Shown here: positions 1 through 11,293 of the stretch, one piece after another | How the letters are laid out: each line of letters begins with the position of its first letter | Numbering within the stretch: position 1 is the stretch's first letter | Source: Escherichia coli | GTDB lineage: Bacteria; Pseudomonadota; Gammaproteobacteria; Enterobacterales; Enterobacteriaceae | DNA length: 64,000 bases | Reading direction: 5' to 3' (one strand) | Assembly (NCBI RefSeq): GCF_011045215.1 | Contig: NZ_CP049202.1 | The notes under the pieces: model-generated | The model's input: only the letters and a program-made list of their open reading frames with translations | What the model was told of the DNA's origin: nothing | Database searches by the model: none | Program-made: the position numbers and the translations under genes

Positions 1-208
1 TTTTTCCTGTCCCCTTTTACCTTTCCCGATACCAGCGGAATTCAGGATAAACGTTACTTTCTGATTATTTTTTATCTCTTTGTGTCAAAAGTCATTTCGG
101 ATATCCAGGATAATACCCCTCATTTAACTTAAGAATAAACATGTGTTACTATATCGCTGCGTAACTTTGTTTGAAGTTCATAATAAAAAATCAGGGGTGA
201 ACAGGATT

Positions 209-237
209 TCCTCCATCACGCGATGGAGGATTTTTTT
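209..237 (+). terminator. Hairpin plus T7 run; probable terminator of a + strand transcript entering from the left edge
   Basis: Perfect 9-bp stem 209-217/222-230 (tcctccatc/gatggagga), 4-nt loop, T-run 231-237. Confidence 0.45.
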
Positions 238-243
238 ACTGCT

Positions 244-804
244 CTATTTTTCTTCAAGTACAGCCCTGAGCTCTGCTTTTATCCGGTTCTGGCAACGGAT
301 TTTCTCCAGACGCGCTGCCGCATACGCTTCCTCCTCCTGAGAAATATGCTCCGTCACATACCCTTCCGTGTCATACCGGCAGGCACCGGCTTTCATCGCG
401 CCAAGATAGCTTTCTGAACGGGTGATGGCCTTCAGCGCCCTGCGCAGTTTTTTATGCGAGAGCGGGATATTCCGCTGCGCCACGTCTTCCAGTAACACGT
501 CCCGGATACCGCAGGCCAGAAGCCGGGGTGTGTCACCGTCAAATAATCCCGGCCACCAGGGCTTCAGGGTGTTCACAGCCTCATCCAGTGTGGGCAGGTT
601 CAGATAAATGGACAGCGCCTGTCTGGCCTGCGCTTTTTTTGCCGCCAGCTCTGCTTCCCGGGCCGCTTTCTCGGCCAGTTTCTGCTTTTTCACCTTCCAT
701 TTTGGTGGCGTGGTGACATTGATGATGGTTTTCCGGCTGCGGACAGGCGTCTCTCCTTCTGTTTTCCGCTTCAGTGTCAGTACCGGTCGTTTCTGCTCTG
801 TCAT
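244..804 (-). CDS. finO: FinO fertility-inhibition RNA chaperone, 186 aa, uninterrupted
   Basis: From the Met at 804 the product is [14 protein letters not shown]...[13 protein letters not shown], which matches FinO as recalled. It lies distal to traX as in F/R100. Confidence 0.9.
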   Translation of the reverse strand: MTEQKRPVLTLKRKTEGETPVRSRKTIINVTTPPKWKVKKQKLAEKAAREAELAAKKAQARQALSIYLNLPTLDEAVNTLKPWWPGLFDGDTPRLLACGIRDVLLEDVAQRNIPLSHKKLRRALKAITRSESYLGAMKAGACRYDTEGYVTEHISQEEEAYAAARLEKIRCQNRIKAELRAVLEEK

Positions 805-858
805 GCTGTGTTCTGCCTCTGACGAATCATCCTGTTGCGGCCAAAGATACCACACCCT

Positions 859-1605
859 TTACAGCGCCAGAACGCCCAGTACAACCAGATGACCAGCGTA
901 GAATACCGGGAAAAAATCCCCGGGCCAGAAACGGGGTAATGATTTCCCTGCACAGGACACCAGACCAACGGTCAGTACCGTCATCACAAGGCCGGCTACA
1001 GCCGCCGCATCACTGGCAGCAAGGTTCAGTGCCGGAATAACAACCAGCAGACATGCGACCAGCGCCAAGCGTTCCGCCCTGTCTTCCGCCCGGTACAATC
1101 GGTGACTGACCGCCAGCATCAGCAGCCCGGTAATACCGTAACTGGTGCCGGACAAAAGCAACCACACTGCCAGCAGCAACATGATTCCCACGGAACGCCA
1201 CCCACTGCGTATTTCACACCATGTCAGCACCTGTGCCGCAACTGCAAAGGCAAACAGGATATTCCCCTCATACCAGGGAAAGCCGGCCAGATAATATGCG
1301 AACTGGGCAATCACCGCCCATCCCCACAGCCGGTTAATGGTCACCTGCCGGATATGCGCATGACGGGACAGATTCAGCCCCCACACCAGGGCAAAAAGCG
1401 GAAAGGCTCCTCGACCGGCCAGAAACATCCACGTCTTATCCAGATGCAGAATGCGGTTTGCATGGTCCAGAACCATCAGCACCAGTGCCACCGTTTTGAT
1501 GATATCCCGCTGTCCGGGTGACCAGACCAGCAACGACTGCAACCAGGTATCGGTCCGGGCAGCCAGTGAATCATTACGTGTTGTGTTCGTGTTATCCGTT
1601 GTCAT
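859..1605 (-). CDS. traX: TraX, polytopic membrane protein (F-pilin acetylase family)
   Basis: 248-aa very hydrophobic ORF between finO and traI, as in F. Confidence 0.85.
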   Translation of the reverse strand: MTTDNTNTTRNDSLAARTDTWLQSLLVWSPGQRDIIKTVALVLMVLDHANRILHLDKTWMFLAGRGAFPLFALVWGLNLSRHAHIRQVTINRLWGWAVIAQFAYYLAGFPWYEGNILFAFAVAAQVLTWCEIRSGWRSVGIMLLLAVWLLLSGTSYGITGLLMLAVSHRLYRAEDRAERLALVACLLVVIPALNLAASDAAAVAGLVMTVLTVGLVSCAGKSLPRFWPGDFFPVFYAGHLVVLGVLAL

Positions 1606-1624
1606 CAGCGTTTATCTTCCTGTG

Positions 1625-4600
1625 TCAGTCTCCGCCCAGGGTTTTCTCTTTCTGCAGGTCACGAACCATATCCCGCTCCATCTGCTGCAGTCGCTCCTGC
1701 AGCAGATTTTCCCGGGCAACCTCCCGGACCGCTTCCCGCACCCGTTGTGGTTCACGCAGTACACTCTCCGGCAGCGCGGCTTCCCGTTCAGTTATGGCAG
1801 CCCGGTCACGCTCCTGCCCGGCAATCTCCCTGACAGCCTGCTCTGTTTTGCCATCCGGCAGGTCAGGTTTGTTCTCTGCCATTTTACGGACAATTTCATC
1901 TGCGCGACGTTCCGTTTCACGGCGGATGGCCTCTTCAGCCTGCCGCTGTGCCAGTACCTCTGCCGTGACCGGTTCGCCATTTCCGGCCCCCGGCTGGACG
2001 CTGTTGTCCGGAATATCTCCCCACACGCGACCACCGGTGATGGCACCGGGATTCCACGGGCGACCTTCACCGGCAATTCTCACCACCACACCGCTGTCAG
2101 GATTATCACGAGCAATCCGGACGCCATCCTGCATGTTATCAGCCAGCAGACTCTCTCCGTTACGGCTGCCCTGCAGGGCCACGAACTGCGCATCTCCGCT
2201 GCCTTTCACCCGGCCTTCACCGCTGAATCCCCGCAGCCCGTTTCCGTCATCCGTAGTCAGTGGGTTCAGCCAGATACCGGCGGACTTGCCGTTACGGTCA
2301 AAAGCCGGCAGTGCCACATACGGCTGCGGATATTTGCGCCCCGGTGCAATAAACCGTGCAGGACTGTCTCCCCCGGCAAGTCCCGCCTGACGGAGAACGG
2401 CACGCCCTGCCGCCACGTCCCGCAGTTCCCGTGCCGTACTGAACAGTCGCTCTGCATTCATGACCTCCCGGTCAGCTTTCGGCTCCAGCACATCGTGGGC
2501 AGTCCCTTTCTGTACGGCATTGTTGATGGCATCCGTCCAGCCCTGACGGTCATCAGTGTACACCTGCACATGCTGCTTCATACGCGACAGGGCAACGTAG
2601 GCTGACTCAAAGCCGGCCATCTGTTTCCGGCCACCTTCCGTGCCTTCAAGCGCGATGGCAAAGGTTTCACTCGCCCCCTGTGCACCGTGGGCAGTGATGG
2701 CATAGGCCAGGTCAATATGTTGTTCTGCCTGCTCCTGACCGGGGCGAATCACCCGGGTCTGCAGTCCGTCAGAAAGCGTGACACTGTCACCGGAAACCGC
2801 CGTCACCGTCCAGACGCTGTTGGCCACATAGCCGCGCTCCCGGTCACTCTTCGTGAAGCGCATCCGGTCACCGGTCCCCACCCGGATGGTGTCCGGGGTG
2901 TACAGTGTGACACCTTCAGCCACCGCCTCCCGGGGCGAAATCAGCCGCGTGTTACCTTCCGCATCCTGCAGGGTTATCAGCCCGTCACCCTTACTGATAC
3001 CGGCAATCCGGTGATACACATTATCCACCAGGACAAGTGCGTCCCGATGTGTCTCCCAGGTGGAGAGACGACGCAACTCCCCGTCGCGTATATTCGCTGT
3101 GTTCAGGACAGGCACCATGACCTGCTCTTTTCCCAGCTCACCGGCCTTTTCCCGTGCATCATGAATCATGCTGTTCAGTACGCGCCGGTCCTCATTCAGA
3201 TGCGTGACAATCAGCGTCTGCTCCCGTGCTTCCGGCGTCCTGCCGGTATAATCGCGGACAATGGCTTCATACAGTGTCATGGGAATATCCGGAAAAGCCT
3301 CACCTTTCAGCATCGCCTTCTGCTGCGCTTCTGCCAGTTTCGCTTCCTGGCTGTGACTGAACTCCGTCACGGAGTGCTCCGGTACCCATGCGCCCTCCTG
3401 ACGTGGCACCTGAGACGGTTTCACACTCTCAAGCCCGGACAGTGCCCTTTCCACATCCCGGTTAATCAGGCTGTATACCGCCTCCCGCAGCTCCGGCGTC
3501 TGACGCACAATCTCCTTCATGATGGCCACATCGGCAGCACTGCGCGTCTGCTGGAGACGGAAAGGCTGACCGGGCGCGATGGCCTGCAGCTGGTCCGTGT
3601 CACCACTGGCCACGGCACGACCACCACCGGCCGCAATCAGGGCGTATGCCCGTGCCATGTCGGTATTGCCCACCATTGAGCTCTCATCGAGCAGGAACAG
3701 CGTGTTGCTGAAATCCGGCGTTTCTCCGCTGCGCTGCTGCAGCTGCGTGTCATGCAGAAAGGACGCCAGTGTCTGTGCATCCACGCCAGCGCTGCGCATC
3801 TCCCCGACCGCACGGTGCGTGGGCCCCAGCCCCACGACACGGGGACGCTCACTCTCCGGCAGCATGTTCACGGCTGACATCACCGCCCGGAACTGTGTGG
3901 TCTTACCCACACCGGCATAACCCTGCACCACCGTGAAGCGGTCAGAGGTTTCCAGTATCATGCGGGTGGCGGCACGTTGCCCCGACGTCAGTTTCTCCAT
4001 AAGTTCGCCAGGTACTCTCTCCATCAGCGGCGTGACAGCCTCCTTACCTTCGAGAATATGGCGAATAATGCTTTTTTCAGCCTCATATGACGCACGGGAA
4101 ACCAGCAGGTCTGTGCCATAACCTTTTGCCACATCCACATGCAGTAAATCACCGCGTTTTATCTGTGCATCGATTTCCCGCCCCAGGTCAGCAAAACTGG
4201 TTCCTTCTGCAGCAAACGACTTTGCCTCTGTCAGCAGGTCCACATGGCTGAAGGCCAGGTTTTTACTTTCCACCACCGGAAGGGCCAGATGAATGGCCTG
4301 CTGTGCCGGCGTGTGAAGTGCGGACTTCTGATGACTGATAGCGGTTTCCAGCGATGTCTCACCGGCCCGCGCCTTTATCTGCTCAGAAACCACCGTAAAG
4401 GAGGGATGGCGGGCAAGTTTTTCCGCAGTACGGGTTTCATCCAGTGAGGAATACAGCCGGACATCACGACCGCTGCGGGCCAGACCGTTCAGGGTGGCGT
4501 TGTCCATTGCCATCTGTGTGACGGAGGCAAAAACCTTCGCACTGTCGCTGACGGAATGCCCGGGCGTTTCCACCCAGCCGTTCTCCAGCTTCAGTGCCGT

Positions 4601-6895
4601 GAACGGTGAATCAGCCACAGGCAGGGTGGCCGGTTCAGCCCGCCCCGGCACAACAACCGTCATCGCATCTTCACTGACGGATGCCACCTGCAGGCGGTCA
4701 CCGCCGGAGACGCGGAGTCCGGGGATTTGTCCCGTCACCCTCAGACGCTCGCCGTCTGCCACCGGCATTTTTTCCGGCCGGAACAGCGACCAGCTGCTGT
4801 CCAGAGAAGAAATACGCACCACCTGCGTTTCACCCTGCGCATCCCGCAGGGTCAGGCTGTGACTCTGCGCCGTCACCCGGTCTATCACATAGCGGTCATG
4901 ACTGCGTGTCTCCGGGTTCCACTGCTCCATCACCATCCCCGGGCGGTACATATCCCGCAGATAACGGCTCCGGCTGTCCAGCCAGACCGGTGACAGGGCG
5001 GTCATGGTTACTTCCGGGTGTCCGAGCACGCCCTGTGTTTTCAGCTCACTGCGAATGGCCTGTGTCAGTATGGCCTGTTCCCGTACCCCGCTGACCTGTG
5101 CCACGCTCTCTTCTCCGGCTTTCACGCTGGCCGCAAAATCTCCTGCCAGCCGGGCATAGCGGACATTACGGTCCGGTTCACTGATGATGGTGGCCGGTCG
5201 CTGTTCTCCCCCCAGCCAGCGATATGTGTTCACCCCGGCATCCTTCATGGCCATCAGCGCACTGCCTGTACCGGTTCGCTGCCCGCTGTCGGTTATCAGG
5301 ACCTGTACGTTATGACGTGCGGCACCGTCCAGCAGGGTTAACGTCTCTTTCAGGGAGAGTTTTTCGCCCTGGTCAACGATAACAGTACTGCCCGGCGTGA
5401 AGGCCATGCCTTCCAGCAACTGACGACGTCCGGTTATCAGCTCACCGGACAGCCGTTCATCCTGCTTCAGGTTCATCTGCGAGCGACGGTCAGCAGCGAT
5501 AATCTGCACTTCCCGCCCCTGCTCCCGGGCCATCATGACCAGTTCAGCCACCCGCTCACGCTGCCCGGCTGCACCGCCCTGCCCGGACACAATGGCCAGC
5601 GACGGACGGTCCTGTGCCAGAACACTGACCGCATCGCTGTAACCAGCCGTCCGGGGGACACTTTTCTCCGGATGTACGGTCACCCGGTTCTGTTTCATGA
5701 TGTCACGACTGAGTGCCCGGACGGACAGCTCATCGAGCACATGAATTCCTGATGTGAACAGCCCCTTCTCACGGTCGAGGGGGATGAGTTGCTCACGACT
5801 GATGGCCTCATCGATACCGGCGCGTGCCCGTTCAATCACACCATTTTCCGGCGGCAGTATACCGACCGTTCTGGCCAGCACGTCCGTATACGTGAACTGC
5901 ACTTTTCGTTCACTTAATCCGGCAATGGCCTGTGTCACCGCCTGCTGCACATCCGGCCCCTCCAGTGAAACAGCCCCGGGCGCCTGCGTGCGGGTCTCTG
6001 CCCGTTGCTCCGCCGCGTCACGATACGCCCGGATATCGAACCCGGTTTCCTTCAGTGTCTGCATCCACTCGGTCATTTTGATTTCAGGATCGACGTGCTG
6101 TTTGGATTTTCGCGTATCCAGTGCTGCCACATCCCGGGATTTCAGCGAGGCGTCTTCCCCGACGGCCTCCCTGATAGCCTGCGAACGACTGGAAAAGGCC
6201 TCCACCGGTACGCCCGGCATCTCCCACATCCCGTGCTTACCGACCACTTCGGTTTCATAGCCCAGCGCCTCAACCTGCTCTTTCAGCTTTTCCCGGTAGA
6301 GTCTGCCAAAGGCAATCTGATTAGCGTACACATTCTCAATGAACCCTGTTTTTCCCACTTTGTCACTGCTCAGTGTCTTCCACTCGCCGTTATGCTGTGT
6401 AACATTGGCCACCACCGCATGCGTGTGTAACTGTGGTTCCTGATCGCGACTGGTGTCGTGATTAAAAAGCGCCATCACCAGATTACCGGTCAGCACCGTT
6501 TCTGACTGTCCGTCCGTCATAACCCGTGTGGAGGCCAGCGCCTCCACCTGACGGACAGCAAAATCCACGGCCTGGTTATGTGCATCAATAAGACGTTTAT
6601 CACCGCCTAACATGGCCATCACGGAGACACTTTTGGGGGCGGAGAAGGTCAGGTCGTAGCCGGGACGATGCTTATTACTGCCATCCTGCATGCGGCTTAA
6701 ATCCGCTCCGTCCGGCAGCCTGCCCTCCAGAAGACGGGTAAAAACATCCTTATCGACACTGCCCTGCAGCCCCAGCTGTTCAGCCCCCCTGCCGGCCCAG
6801 CGTTCTCCCATGCTGCCCAGCACATAGTAATTATCCTTGTCGGTATAATAGTTACCGGCACTTCCGGCCGATCTGACCTGCGCGATACTCATCAT
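1625..6895 (-). CDS. traI: TraI relaxase/DNA helicase I, 1756 aa
   Basis: N-terminus [24 protein letters not shown], histidine triad region QLHTHAVVAN, P-loop GYAGVGKTT. Same length as F TraI. Confidence 0.97.
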   Translation of the reverse strand: MMSIAQVRSAGSAGNYYTDKDNYYVLGSMGERWAGRGAEQLGLQGSVDKDVFTRLLEGRLPDGADLSRMQDGSNKHRPGYDLTFSAPKSVSVMAMLGGDKRLIDAHNQAVDFAVRQVEALASTRVMTDGQSETVLTGNLVMALFNHDTSRDQEPQLHTHAVVANVTQHNGEWKTLSSDKVGKTGFIENVYANQIAFGRLYREKLKEQVEALGYETEVVGKHGMWEMPGVPVEAFSSRSQAIREAVGEDASLKSRDVAALDTRKSKQHVDPEIKMTEWMQTLKETGFDIRAYRDAAEQRAETRTQAPGAVSLEGPDVQQAVTQAIAGLSERKVQFTYTDVLARTVGILPPENGVIERARAGIDEAISREQLIPLDREKGLFTSGIHVLDELSVRALSRDIMKQNRVTVHPEKSVPRTAGYSDAVSVLAQDRPSLAIVSGQGGAAGQRERVAELVMMAREQGREVQIIAADRRSQMNLKQDERLSGELITGRRQLLEGMAFTPGSTVIVDQGEKLSLKETLTLLDGAARHNVQVLITDSGQRTGTGSALMAMKDAGVNTYRWLGGEQRPATIISEPDRNVRYARLAGDFAASVKAGEESVAQVSGVREQAILTQAIRSELKTQGVLGHPEVTMTALSPVWLDSRSRYLRDMYRPGMVMEQWNPETRSHDRYVIDRVTAQSHSLTLRDAQGETQVVRISSLDSSWSLFRPEKMPVADGERLRVTGQIPGLRVSGGDRLQVASVSEDAMTVVVPGRAEPATLPVADSPFTALKLENGWVETPGHSVSDSAKVFASVTQMAMDNATLNGLARSGRDVRLYSSLDETRTAEKLARHPSFTVVSEQIKARAGETSLETAISHQKSALHTPAQQAIHLALPVVESKNLAFSHVDLLTEAKSFAAEGTSFADLGREIDAQIKRGDLLHVDVAKGYGTDLLVSRASYEAEKSIIRHILEGKEAVTPLMERVPGELMEKLTSGQRAATRMILETSDRFTVVQGYAGVGKTTQFRAVMSAVNMLPESERPRVVGLGPTHRAVGEMRSAGVDAQTLASFLHDTQLQQRSGETPDFSNTLFLLDESSMVGNTDMARAYALIAAGGGRAVASGDTDQLQAIAPGQPFRLQQTRSAADVAIMKEIVRQTPELREAVYSLINRDVERALSGLESVKPSQVPRQEGAWVPEHSVTEFSHSQEAKLAEAQQKAMLKGEAFPDIPMTLYEAIVRDYTGRTPEAREQTLIVTHLNEDRRVLNSMIHDAREKAGELGKEQVMVPVLNTANIRDGELRRLSTWETHRDALVLVDNVYHRIAGISKGDGLITLQDAEGNTRLISPREAVAEGVTLYTPDTIRVGTGDRMRFTKSDRERGYVANSVWTVTAVSGDSVTLSDGLQTRVIRPGQEQAEQHIDLAYAITAHGAQGASETFAIALEGTEGGRKQMAGFESAYVALSRMKQHVQVYTDDRQGWTDAINNAVQKGTAHDVLEPKADREVMNAERLFSTARELRDVAAGRAVLRQAGLAGGDSPARFIAPGRKYPQPYVALPAFDRNGKSAGIWLNPLTTDDGNGLRGFSGEGRVKGSGDAQFVALQGSRNGESLLADNMQDGVRIARDNPDSGVVVRIAGEGRPWNPGAITGGRVWGDIPDNSVQPGAGNGEPVTAEVLAQRQAEEAIRRETERRADEIVRKMAENKPDLPDGKTEQAVREIAGQERDRAAITEREAALPESVLREPQRVREAVREVARENLLQERLQQMERDMVRDLQKEKTLGGD

Positions 6896-9048
6896 CAGAA
6901 ATCATCTCCCGGCTCAACATCCTCCCCGCGCTCCCGGTGCACATTAATGTTCACCTCTTCACGACGCTGCATCTGCTGCTGGATGTCCGGATGATTTTCC
7001 TGTTGCCATGCCTCATAAGCGGCCATATCCACTACTTCACCGGATTCACTGATCCCGGGTGGCAGTTGCTGTTCCATCTCTTCTTCCGGTTTCATTTTCA
7101 GCTCCTGCTCGATCCCCCCTGCCGGAACATTCACACCTGCATCTGACTTCTTATCATTGATGACAGAAGACACTGGCTGTTGTGGCTGTTCAGCCTGAAC
7201 CACGTCTTCTCCGGAAACAACCTCCGGGACATCCGGTTCGAAGAGGCTGGCCATCTGGCGACCTTCTGCTTCTCTTGCGGCAAGCACGGCACTCAGGCGA
7301 TTCTCCATTTCCGGATTGATTTCACGCGGAATAAACTCCGGAGCAACCTTCGGACGTTCCTGATATTTCAGTGAGAGTTTTACTGCCGGATACGGTCCGG
7401 GCAGGGTGACATAACAGGTCAGATCCGGCAGAGACTGAATGTCGGAATAACTGACCAGCGTCTGGCGCTCCATATCCTTACCGGTCGATACCCCGTCACG
7501 CACGGGATCAGCACCGTAGGAATACTGCTCGCTGGCTTTCAGGTGCTCTTTCTCACCAATTTCACCGGCAGCGAACTCTGCAATCTTATGGCTGGGAGAA
7601 CGGAAAAAGGCACGGGTGTTCATGACGTCAAACAGCGTGGCAGCCGCTTTCTCACCGTAGATATCTTCCAGCTGGGCATAGGACTGGATACCAAATACAT
7701 AGCAGCCACCAAACTTACGGGCTTCCGGCAGGATCTCCACCAGGTCCGGCAGTTTGTGTAACGTGGGTAACTCATCACAGAAAAACCACACACGACGGCT
7801 ACGGTTTTCTCCCATTGCCAGCAGACCACGAATGGCAATGGACAGCCACATGGAGATCACCGGCTTCAGGGAGGCATGGGTGTCGGCGTTCGACGAGATA
7901 AACAGCCAGCCGTTTTTCTGATCTTCCCGGACACCACGCATCCAGTCACGGATGGTGAAGGGCTCACCGTTATGCTCAATCCCCTGCAGGTAACGGATGG
8001 CTTTCACGTAGTTGGTCAGCACAGCACGGATGGAAATCGCCGTTTTCTCGATTTTCTCTTCCACCAGGTTGGCCGCCGGTGAATTACGCAGGAAGGTACG
8101 CAGTTTTTCGATTTTGATGGAAAGCAGTGTGTCCACCAGTTTGCTGTAACTGCGGTTGGGGTCATTACGCATCAGGTACGCCGCTTCCGCAAAAATGGTA
8201 CGTCCTGAACCCTGCCAGAACGGGTCCTCTTTTGTGCCCATCGGGATCAGCGTGTTCGCGGTATTATCAAAATCCGGCTGTGTCAGGCACTCCTTCCACA
8301 AATCCCAGGCGGCACAGCGGGCATCCAGCGGATTCAGGATTTTATCGATGGAGGGATCATAGTAACTTTTAACAAATTCCCCTGAACGGTCATAAATCAC
8401 CACCATATCTCCACGCTGACGGGCGTAGTTGGCCAGACGACGGATAACTTCCGACTTACCGGCCCCGACCGTGCCGTGCAGACAGAAGTTCTGGATTTCG
8501 GAATCCCGGATAATCGGCAGGTCGCCAATCCGTATATCGGAGTCCTTGCCGTCTTTTTTCAGCATCCGGGCAACGTCTTTCGGGTTCTCCGTCAGCTGAC
8601 GACCACCTGTGACTTCATTTTCGCTCTGTTGTTTACCCTGACGCCCCAGAATCCAGGAGACAACAAAGAAGGTAATCAGGCAAATAACCAGTGCCACAAC
8701 TGTGGCCAGAACGAATGCGGACCATAGCTGCTCTCCGCACCAGATCATATATTTATCATGCAGTACCTGAGCAGCATTCATCCGGAAGGTTTTGCCGTAA
8801 TACTGGATCTCATATACCGGCTGGGACCTGATTAAATCCCGCATGCCTTCCAGCGTGGTACACCACCAGTAAATACAGCCGTTCACAAACGTCTGCCAGC
8901 TTATTTTTACCCATAAAACCAGACCAACGAGTATCCAGAAAAAAATAAACAGGCAGTAAAGCATGATATTGGCGATCTGGCTGAACATGCGGATACGCAT
9001 GGACGCAATCTGACCGCCCTGGGTCATATCCTTTGCGTTAAAACTCAT
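6895..9048 (-). CDS. traD: TraD type IV coupling protein, 717 aa
   Basis: Two N-terminal TM segments, Walker A GTVGAGKS, acidic Q/E-rich C-terminal tail. Its stop overlaps the traI start (TGATG). Confidence 0.95.
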   Translation of the reverse strand: MSFNAKDMTQGGQIASMRIRMFSQIANIMLYCLFIFFWILVGLVLWVKISWQTFVNGCIYWWCTTLEGMRDLIRSQPVYEIQYYGKTFRMNAAQVLHDKYMIWCGEQLWSAFVLATVVALVICLITFFVVSWILGRQGKQQSENEVTGGRQLTENPKDVARMLKKDGKDSDIRIGDLPIIRDSEIQNFCLHGTVGAGKSEVIRRLANYARQRGDMVVIYDRSGEFVKSYYDPSIDKILNPLDARCAAWDLWKECLTQPDFDNTANTLIPMGTKEDPFWQGSGRTIFAEAAYLMRNDPNRSYSKLVDTLLSIKIEKLRTFLRNSPAANLVEEKIEKTAISIRAVLTNYVKAIRYLQGIEHNGEPFTIRDWMRGVREDQKNGWLFISSNADTHASLKPVISMWLSIAIRGLLAMGENRSRRVWFFCDELPTLHKLPDLVEILPEARKFGGCYVFGIQSYAQLEDIYGEKAAATLFDVMNTRAFFRSPSHKIAEFAAGEIGEKEHLKASEQYSYGADPVRDGVSTGKDMERQTLVSYSDIQSLPDLTCYVTLPGPYPAVKLSLKYQERPKVAPEFIPREINPEMENRLSAVLAAREAEGRQMASLFEPDVPEVVSGEDVVQAEQPQQPVSSVINDKKSDAGVNVPAGGIEQELKMKPEEEMEQQLPPGISESGEVVDMAAYEAWQQENHPDIQQQMQRREEVNINVHRERGEDVEPGDDF

Positions 9049-9098
9049 GATGAAACTCCGGGAAAATCTGGAACAGAGCAGAAAAGGATGATGTGGGA

Positions 9099-9836
9099 TT
9101 AATTCACAGAAACAGACCAGGTGTACCCTGTATGCCGGTGGTGATAACCGCCTGCAGTCCTGCCGGAAGAGACCTTCTTTGTAACAATGTCAGTCAGGCG
9201 CAATACTTCAGACCAGTCACTCCCATGCGGAAACTGGATCTGAATAAAAAGGCGTACCCGTTCACGATGATCCAGAACTGTGTCCGGTTCATAAAGCAGA
9301 CCACTATCAGGAGAAACACGGGACGTTTTATTGATGAGTTCGTATTTATCGGCATGAGACAGTGATGAAAGCGCCCAGGTAATATTTTCGCCCTGATGAC
9401 CATCAATACGACTGTTCCCCGGCGTCCAGGCAATTTCCTGCGCATTCGCCACGATGATCTGTCTCGATACTTCTGCCAGCTTTTTTGAAGTACAGAATAC
9501 CGGTGCCAGCACACACAGGGACAAAAAATTGCAGCTGACCGCTTCCGGTTTAACCGGACTGCTCCCGGATTTTTCAGGAAAAGATATTTTTGTCAGTATT
9601 TCAGTTAATTCCTTATGCCTGAGAGAGTTAATAAAGTGCATGACAAGCATCATGAGAAACAATATAACAATAAGCCCTCCGATAACCACTAAAAGGTCAG
9701 TATCAATATTATTGTTGTACAGATAGTCTTTAGTGGTCGCTGTATTATCCTGTATCACCGGGGGGTATTCAGTTACAGGCTTCTCAGTAAATTGATTATT
9801 CTCACCAACATATTCAGCGATATTGTCTGATGTCAT
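9099..9836 (-). CDS. Hypothetical single-pass membrane protein, 245 aa, cargo between traT and traD
   Basis: ATG at 9836 preceded by GGAGAAAG. One strong TM helix ([22 protein letters not shown]). No recognisable motif. Locally AT-rich. Confidence 0.6.
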   Translation of the reverse strand: MTSDNIAEYVGENNQFTEKPVTEYPPVIQDNTATTKDYLYNNNIDTDLLVVIGGLIVILFLMMLVMHFINSLRHKELTEILTKISFPEKSGSSPVKPEAVSCNFLSLCVLAPVFCTSKKLAEVSRQIIVANAQEIAWTPGNSRIDGHQGENITWALSSLSHADKYELINKTSRVSPDSGLLYEPDTVLDHRERVRLFIQIQFPHGSDWSEVLRLTDIVTKKVSSGRTAGGYHHRHTGYTWSVSVN

Positions 9837-10038
9837 AATGACTTTCTCCGGAAGCTTCCGGCTTCGCCGGCAACACTTCACGGTCGCACAAAGAATTTGC
9901 ACAACCGCTCAGTGTTTTCATATTTATTTCGGAAACGCCGGGGAGAAATAAAATTTATTTTATTTCTTTCCGGGGTTGGACAACGAGCAAAGCGAGGCGT
10001 CAGTCAGGAGGCCGGTCAGACCAGCCTCCTGAAGATAA

Positions 10039-10770
10039 TCAGAGAATATTTGCGATTGATTTGGCCAGCTGGTCTTCGAGAACAGGCTTCGCCTCTTCAA
10101 ATTTCAGGTTAACCTTGTTCGCACTGGAGACCACACGGGTCTGGTATTTATGCTGGTTACCTGTTTCAGTACTGGTCTGAATTTTCGCACCTGATGTGCC
10201 CTGACGCAGGGCGGCAACATTATCCGTTGTCACCGTTGCCTTAGTACGCTCTGCAATCTGCACATCCGTGATCATGGTATAGTTCACATCTTCCACCATC
10301 GCATCTGCAGCCATACCCACCAGACCGGCAGCAAGGCCCACACCGAGTGTGGCACCGGCAGAACTGGAATTATATCCGGTGATACCGGCACCTAACGCTG
10401 CACCAACTGCTGCGCCTTCATAACCACGGTTCAGCCATCCCTGAGACTCCCGCAGATCCATCTTATCGGCCTTCAGCACATTCGCCTGAATCCAGTAGTA
10501 GGCTTTATCCGGAGAAGTCACCACCTGATATCCTTTTGCTTTCACAGCATCAGCAATTTTGCCCTGCAGCCCACTCATGTCTTTATCAGACGTGTTTTTG
10601 ATCTGCAGAAATACCGTGCGTTCGCTGGCGGGTTCAAGCCAGATGGTCTCACTCATCTGAGTCTTCACCTCAAGGTTACGCTTCTTGATTGCTGTGCTCA
10701 TCGCACCACACCCTGAAAGGGCCAGAGTGGAACTGACCAGTGCAACCATCATTAGTTTTTTTGTTTTCAT
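10039..10770 (-). CDS. traT: TraT surface-exclusion/serum-resistance lipoprotein
   Basis: 243 aa, lipobox LALSGC. Sequence matches TraT as recalled. Confidence 0.95.
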   Translation of the reverse strand: MKTKKLMMVALVSSTLALSGCGAMSTAIKKRNLEVKTQMSETIWLEPASERTVFLQIKNTSDKDMSGLQGKIADAVKAKGYQVVTSPDKAYYWIQANVLKADKMDLRESQGWLNRGYEGAAVGAALGAGITGYNSSSAGATLGVGLAAGLVGMAADAMVEDVNYTMITDVQIAERTKATVTTDNVAALRQGTSGAKIQTSTETGNQHKYQTRVVSSANKVNLKFEEAKPVLEDQLAKSIANIL

Positions 10771-10783
10771 CCAAAATATCCTT

Positions 10784-11293
10784 TTAACTAACAGATTCTT
10801 TTTTGAACAGACCTATTACTGAGACTATTGCAGAGAGATTATAACGATTTATATCTATAGTATAAATAAAGGAAAAAATTACAAACAGAGTTATCGATAA
10901 AAAACCAAATAAGAACGTATGGGCGAAGGAAACTATTGAAAAAACAATCACAAACAACAAGATATAAGTTTTGTTCTTATCATACATAAAAGATATAACT
11001 TTCGACTCATCTCTGAATTTTTTAGGGATAGCAAGATACAACATCATTCCATTAGTAATGGCAACAAAAAGGATAAACCCCATTACGCCACTAAAACATA
11101 TATCAAATCCGGCATCTCGGATATCAACTTTATCTGCCAGCAAACGGAGAAATGTCGGCCATAATAAAATCCATAAAAATACATACCCCCCTGGCTTTAT
11201 GACTTGTAATAATGGCGGAATATTAACACCCTCTACAGAGAGTACATCCTTTAGTTTCTGTGTCTCCGTTTTTATATCATAGTGAGTAATCAT
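10784..11293 (-). CDS. traS: TraS entry-exclusion inner-membrane protein
   Basis: 169-aa hydrophobic AT-rich ORF between traG and traT. Its start overlaps the traG stop. Confidence 0.7.
   Translation of the reverse strand: MITHYDIKTETQKLKDVLSVEGVNIPPLLQVIKPGGYVFLWILLWPTFLRLLADKVDIRDAGFDICFSGVMGFILFVAITNGMMLYLAIPKKFRDESKVISFMYDKNKTYILLFVIVFSIVSFAHTFLFGFLSITLFVIFSFIYTIDINRYNLSAIVSVIGLFKKESVS

Noticed and set aside
1451-6430. Long + strand ORFs inside traI (e.g. 1451..2605 at 384 aa, 2687..3679 at 330 aa, 1518..2390 at 290 aa)
   Set aside because: They lie entirely antisense to the well-supported traI gene. Their products are low-complexity and Arg/Ser/Pro-rich, typical of shadow frames in GC-rich coding DNA. 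They have no SD or family signal. The same applies to antisense ORFs within traD, traG, traC, traB and the parB-like gene.
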